Under the pieces are notes generated by a model. The model had not been told where the DNA came from. It saw nothing but the letters and a program-made list of their open reading frames with translations, and did no database searches. A DNA stretch of 64,000 bases from positions 2,398-66,397 of the forward strand of contig CABYJR010000002.1 in assembly GCA_902519445.1 (NCBI GenBank), written 5' to 3'. The position numbers and the translations under genes are program-made. Shown one piece after another: positions 60,153 to 64,000 of the stretch; positions within the stretch are counted from its first letter, which is position 1; each line of letters starts with the position of its first letter. The DNA comes from an uncultured Pelagibacteraceae bacterium. GTDB lineage: Bacteria; Pseudomonadota; Alphaproteobacteria; Pelagibacterales; Pelagibacteraceae.

Positions 60153-61013
60153 ATGTCAAAATATCTTGTTGAAACCTTTTATACATGCACTTTTAAAATC
60201 ACACATAAACTGGATGAGTTAAATGAAAAAAAACTTTCAGAATTAGAAAATCGTAAAGACGGAGAAGTTCAAATAATTGATGTGCGGCTAAATAATAGAA
60301 AAACTAAAACAGCAAATAAAAAAAACAAAATTGAAGATTCCAAAACTAGTCTTAATGTTAATGATTCGTCAAATTTTTCTTCAATCATAAATGAAAAAAT
60401 TATAACTAATGATAATGACAAGAGTTTATCAGAAGAAAACAATGCTAAAAACATTATTCAAAAATTTAATAAGAAAAACAAAGACAGATCTGGAATGCCA
60501 GATAGAAGAAAAGGATACATTCAAAAAGTTAGTATTGCAGATCACAAAATTTACTTGCATACAGGAGAATATGATGATGGAAAAATAGGTGAAATTTTTA
60601 TTGATATGAACAAAGAAGGAGAATTAGTAAAAGCTTTAATGAATAACTTCGCAATAGCTATCTCCTTGGGCCTTCAGTATGGCGTTCCTTTGGATGAATT
60701 TGTTGATGCATTCATTGAAACTAAATTTGAGCCCTCCGGCGAGATAAAAGGGAATGATAGAATATTAAATGCTTCTTCTATTTTAGATTATATCTTTAGA
60801 GAGCTAGCAATTTCTTATCTTGGAAGAGAAGATTTGGCTCATACTCCTTCTATAAATAAATCAGTTAATGAAAAAATAAGTGATGATGAATCTGAAGATA
60901 CATTCTTAAAACTTGTTAAAGGTATAACAAGTAAAGGATTTATTAGAAGCAATTATAAGGATAAATTGGTTGATCTAAGCAATGTAAGGATTAATTTAAA
61001 AAGCAACAAGTAA
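60153..61013 (+). CDS. Orphan protein whose C-terminal ~170 aa resemble the C-terminal (TSCPD-like, cysteine-less) domain of long alphaproteobacterial class II ribonucleotide reductases; unique N-terminus
   Basis: 286 aa. AGGAG lies 8 nt upstream of the ATG. The C-terminal half reads [111 protein letters not shown]. From memory this matches the NrdJ C-terminal consensus. No RNR catalytic core is present. Confidence 0.65.
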   Translation: MSKYLVETFYTCTFKITHKLDELNEKKLSELENRKDGEVQIIDVRLNNRKTKTANKKNKIEDSKTSLNVNDSSNFSSIINEKIITNDNDKSLSEENNAKNIIQKFNKKNKDRSGMPDRRKGYIQKVSIADHKIYLHTGEYDDGKIGEIFIDMNKEGELVKALMNNFAIAISLGLQYGVPLDEFVDAFIETKFEPSGEIKGNDRILNASSILDYIFRELAISYLGREDLAHTPSINKSVNEKISDDESEDTFLKLVKGITSKGFIRSNYKDKLVDLSNVRINLKSNK

Positions 61014-61016
61014 AGC

Positions 61017-62825
61017 TTATTTCTTTTTTTCTACAATTTTAATATTTAATTCTTTAAGTTGCTTTTCGCTAGCCGTTGAAGGCGCTCCCATTAGCAGGTC
61101 TTGGGCATTTTGATTCATTGGAAATAGTGTCACTTCTCTTATATTTGTTTTTTCTGCAAGCAACATGACAATTCGATCAATTCCAGGGGCCATCCCTCCA
61201 TGTGGTGGGGCTCCAAAAGAAAGAGCTTTGATCATACCTTCAAATTTTGAATTTACTTCCTGTTTCGAATATCCAACTTTAGAAAAAACTTTATACATTA
61301 GTTCTGGTAAATGATTTCTTATTGCGCCTGAAGACAATTCATAACCATTACATACTAAATCATATTGATAGGCAAGTATTGATAAAGGATCGGCTTTATC
61401 AAAATCCTTAATGTTTACTTGTGGCATTGAAAAAGGATTATGACTAAAATCAATTCTTTTTTCTGTCTCATCATATTGATACATCGGATAATCTGTTATC
61501 CAACAAAATTCGAATTTATTATTATCTATAAGATCAAGTTCTTTTCCTAATTTTTGTCTTGCTAGACCTGAGATTCTTTCAGCTTCTTTTATTTTATCTG
61601 AAGAAAAAAATATAGAATCTTTTTCTTTCAATTTACAAAGTTTAGCTAATTCAGTTATAGCTTTATCAGAAAATGATTTTCCTATTGGTCCCTTGCCAAT
61701 TAGTTTGCCATCATTTTTTTCTAATATGATATAACCTAATCCTTTTCCTCCTTCATCTTTTGACCAATTATTATATCCATCAAAAAAACTTCTAGGTTTT
61801 GTAGATGTGTTTGGAGCTGGTATAGCTCTCACGATTCCTCCTTTTTGAATTACTTTTTTGAAAATATCCAATTTGACATCGTCTCTTTTAAAAATTTCTG
61901 TTACATCGAATATTTCAATTGGATTTCTTAAATCAGGTTTATCGGTTCCATATTTTAACATTGAATTGCTATAAGTAATTTTTTTAAATGGAGGTTTCGA
62001 AATATTTTTTCCCTTACCAAATTTATTGAATAAATCAAAAAAAATAGGTTCTACTATTTTGAAAACATCTTCTTGTTCAACAAAAGACATTTCCATATCT
62101 AATTGATAATGTTCTCCAGGACTTCTATCTGCCCTGCCGTCTTCATCTCTAAAACATGGAGCTATTTGAAAATATTTATCAAAACCAGCAATCATGACCA
62201 TTTGTTTAAATTGTTGTGGAGCCTGAGGTAATGCATAAAACTTTCCCGGATGCGTTCTGCTCGGAACTAAAAAATCTCGAGCACCTTCAGGGCTTGATGC
62301 TGTTAATATTGGAGTTTGAAATTCCAAAAATCCATTATCTATCATTTTTTTTCTAACAAAAGAAATGACCTTTGATCTTAATTCAATATTTTCGTGCATT
62401 TCTTGTCTGCGCAAATCTAAGAATCTATATTTTAATCTTGTTTCTTCTGGATAATCTTGCTCGCCAAAAACTGGCATGGGTAAATCGTTAGACTCTGACA
62501 AAATTTCAAATGAAGAAACTTTAATTTCTACCTCACCAGTAGATAAATCTTTATTAATTGTATCTGAAGATCTTTTAACAACTTCTCCAGATACAGTAAC
62601 TACTGATTCTGGTTTTATTTTTTCTGCTATTTTAAAAAATTGACTACTATTTTCAATTACACATTGGGTTAATCCAAAATGATCTCTTAAATCGAAAAAA
62701 AGTAAATTTCCGTGGTCTCGTTTTCTGTGTATCCATCCAGACAATTTAACGATTTTTCCAGAATTTTTTTTAGTAATCTCTGAACAGGTATGGGTTCTAT
62801 ATTTATGCAAAGTGATTCCTTTCAA
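61017..62825 (-). CDS. aspS: Aspartyl-tRNA synthetase (bacterial type with GAD insertion)
   Basis: 602 aa with an N-terminal OB fold and class II motifs (FQIAPCFRDED, GGMAPGIDR). Confidence 0.96.
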   Translation of the reverse strand: MKGITLHKYRTHTCSEITKKNSGKIVKLSGWIHRKRDHGNLLFFDLRDHFGLTQCVIENSSQFFKIAEKIKPESVVTVSGEVVKRSSDTINKDLSTGEVEIKVSSFEILSESNDLPMPVFGEQDYPEETRLKYRFLDLRRQEMHENIELRSKVISFVRKKMIDNGFLEFQTPILTASSPEGARDFLVPSRTHPGKFYALPQAPQQFKQMVMIAGFDKYFQIAPCFRDEDGRADRSPGEHYQLDMEMSFVEQEDVFKIVEPIFFDLFNKFGKGKNISKPPFKKITYSNSMLKYGTDKPDLRNPIEIFDVTEIFKRDDVKLDIFKKVIQKGGIVRAIPAPNTSTKPRSFFDGYNNWSKDEGGKGLGYIILEKNDGKLIGKGPIGKSFSDKAITELAKLCKLKEKDSIFFSSDKIKEAERISGLARQKLGKELDLIDNNKFEFCWITDYPMYQYDETEKRIDFSHNPFSMPQVNIKDFDKADPLSILAYQYDLVCNGYELSSGAIRNHLPELMYKVFSKVGYSKQEVNSKFEGMIKALSFGAPPHGGMAPGIDRIVMLLAEKTNIREVTLFPMNQNAQDLLMGAPSTASEKQLKELNIKIVEKKK

Positions 62826-62829
62826 AAAT

Positions 62830-63489
62830 TTATATCATTTTTAACACTTCTTTAATCATTTTTAATCCAAAAGGACTCCCCTTTTTTAAAGAATATCTAT
62901 CTAAAGTTAAAATAAACTGGGATATTTTTTCATAAGATCTATCGATTCTTTTTATAATGTAATCAATATGTTTTTCTTCAACAATAATTTGTTTATCTGA
63001 AAAATTTTTAGCAATAATTGCACTAATTAGATCGTCGCTTGGTAATTTTATTCCAATACATAAACTACTTTTAATTCGAGATATCAAATCTGGTAATTTA
63101 AATTTATAAGAGTTAATTGGTTTAATTGAATTAATTAAAAAGTACTTGTTGTCTTGTAGAGCTATATTCCATAACGAAAATAATAGTTCCTCTGAAATTT
63201 TTTCATTAAAATTTTCAATTATTAAAGCTTCTTTTATTTTAAATTCAGAAATAATGTTTTCATTTAAATCTTTTGGATAAATTTCTAAACATTTAGTTTT
63301 TGATTTTAAAATAGATGCTAAATGTGATTTTCCAGAACCAGTTGGACCAAATATATTTACGATTCTTTTTATCCACTTTGGCCAACTACTAATAAAATCA
63401 AAAGCCTCTTCGTTGCTAGGAGATACGTAAAAATCTTCTTTTTTATAAGCCCGATGTTCAGGAAATTTTAAAATTAATTGATTACTCAT
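62830..63489 (-). CDS. hdaA: DnaA regulatory inactivator HdaA (DnaA-related AAA+ protein)
   Basis: 219 aa with an N-terminal clamp-binding-like QLILKF motif, Walker A GPTGSGKSHL and a DnaA domain III-like layout. Confidence 0.8.
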   Translation of the reverse strand: MSNQLILKFPEHRAYKKEDFYVSPSNEEAFDFISSWPKWIKRIVNIFGPTGSGKSHLASILKSKTKCLEIYPKDLNENIISEFKIKEALIIENFNEKISEELLFSLWNIALQDNKYFLINSIKPINSYKFKLPDLISRIKSSLCIGIKLPSDDLISAIIAKNFSDKQIIVEEKHIDYIIKRIDRSYEKISQFILTLDRYSLKKGSPFGLKMIKEVLKMI

Positions 63490-63988
63490 GCAAGTATAAC
63501 TGCCAAACTCCCTGATTATTAATTAATTCATACCCGTATTTTAATAATTCGGCCTTTAATTTTTTTGGGTTACCATAGTAATATATTTTATAATCTGAAT
63601 TGTTTATATTAAATTCTTCTAGTGAATAGTTATCAACCGTACCTATTTTAGAAAAAGTTTTTCTAAGTTTGTCTAAATCTTTAAGTTTTGAATGTTTAAA
63701 TTTAATCTTTATCGACAAGGGCATTAAAAGATTAATAAGATTTTGTTCCTTCCAAAGATCTACTATTTCTAATTTTAAATCTTTTAAAATAGAATTAAGC
63801 ATTATTTCATCCCTTATATTTTTTACTTCATACGAAATATTTTTGCTTGTTGTATTATTATTAAAATTTGTTTTAAGGTATATATTGAGTTTAGTTTTTC
63901 CATAATCCATTAAAACAAAAACATAATTTTTTTCACCGTATTTGCTGACTAAAGATAAAATGTCTAAATCTTCTAAATTATCTCTCAT
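63482..63988 (-). CDS. Hypothetical protein (possibly N-terminally longer; the frame is still open at the window edge)
   Basis: 168-aa ORF overlapping hdaA by 8 nt. I recognise no motif. There is no stop between 63988 and 64000 in this frame, so the true start may lie outside the window. Confidence 0.45.
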   Translation of the reverse strand: MRDNLEDLDILSLVSKYGEKNYVFVLMDYGKTKLNIYLKTNFNNNTTSKNISYEVKNIRDEIMLNSILKDLKLEIVDLWKEQNLINLLMPLSIKIKFKHSKLKDLDKLRKTFSKIGTVDNYSLEEFNINNSDYKIYYYGNPKKLKAELLKYGYELINNQGVWQLYLHE

Positions 63989-64000
63989 TTTTGTTATCTG

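Noticed and set aside
1415-63905. About 45 short ORFs (61-152 aa) in the six-frame track lie antisense to, or in alternative frames of, the long genes. Examples are 1415-1624, 3602-3868, 8482-8709, 25174-25557, 26230-26574, 28595-28870, 30530-30838, 44666-45007, 48372-48767, 48849-49274, 58018-58365 and 59228-59686.
   Set aside because: Every one is fully embedded in a confidently identified gene. Each has a low-complexity Phe/Leu/Ser/Ile-rich composition, which is typical of the reverse complement of Lys/Asn/Glu-rich AT-biased coding sequence. None shows a recognisable motif. In a genome this AT-rich, stop-poor shadow frames are expected.
1-64000. A search by eye for CRISPR repeats, IS elements or transposases, integrases, prophage genes, toxin-antitoxin pairs, restriction-modification or other defence genes, rRNA genes and large direct or inverted repeats.
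   Set aside because: None was found. Every ORF of 100 aa or more on the coding strands is accounted for by housekeeping or metabolic functions, or by the few hypotheticals listed. No spaced repeat array or long duplicated segment was noticed.

Overview
The window is AT-rich (roughly 30% GC by eye) and extremely gene-dense. I call about 64 protein genes and 3 tRNAs. Most intergenic spacers are under 100 nt, and many neighbouring genes overlap by 1-23 nt. Composition, streamlining and gene order look like a SAR11/Pelagibacterales-type alphaproteobacterium; this is inference, since no database was consulted.

The content is almost entirely core housekeeping:
- Minus strand, 27.1 kb down to 1: a tri-domain sugar-modifying fusion gene, tRNA-Val, tRNA-Asp, the complete 14-gene complex I operon nuoA-N, birA, coaX, RNase J, proS, lolC/E-lolD, dnaE and the 5' part of rpsB.
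- 28-36 kb: tRNA-Leu-tig-clpP-clpX-lon, preceded by an EamA transporter, a YbaK/ProX-like deacylase and nnrD.
- 36-38 kb: glnA.
- 37.7-45 kb: a 10-11 gene Rrf2-controlled SUF Fe-S assembly operon. It carries both SufU and SufE, plus a VOC/glyoxalase-fold gene embedded between sufB and sufE.
- 45-64 kb: an alpha/beta hydrolase, anmK, tyrS, an AsmA/YhdP-like envelope protein, prfB (classic +1 programmed frameshift), mrcA, a cysteine-free RNase E, thiS-thiG, aroQ-accB-accC, DUF2155 plus an NDUFA12-like protein, an orphan protein resembling only the C-terminal domain of long class II ribonucleotide reductases, aspS, hdaA and one hypothetical gene at the right edge.

I see no CRISPR array, transposase, integrase, prophage or recognisable defence/toxin genes.

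The least ordinary loci are:
- A tRNA-flanked divergent pair: an 848-aa SDR-cupin-C-methyltransferase fusion and a family-17 glycosyltransferase. The conserved C-terminus of the glycosyltransferase is reachable only by a -1 shift on an A AAA AAA TAG site.
- The atypical SUF operon.
- The orphan NrdJ-C-terminal-like protein.
- Several structural oddities of extreme streamlining: a tRNA abutting tig by 6 nt, seven convergent gene pairs with no terminator space, and an A12 tract in nuoD.

Nothing here amounts to a clearly new multi-gene system. The candidates are reported with modest scores.
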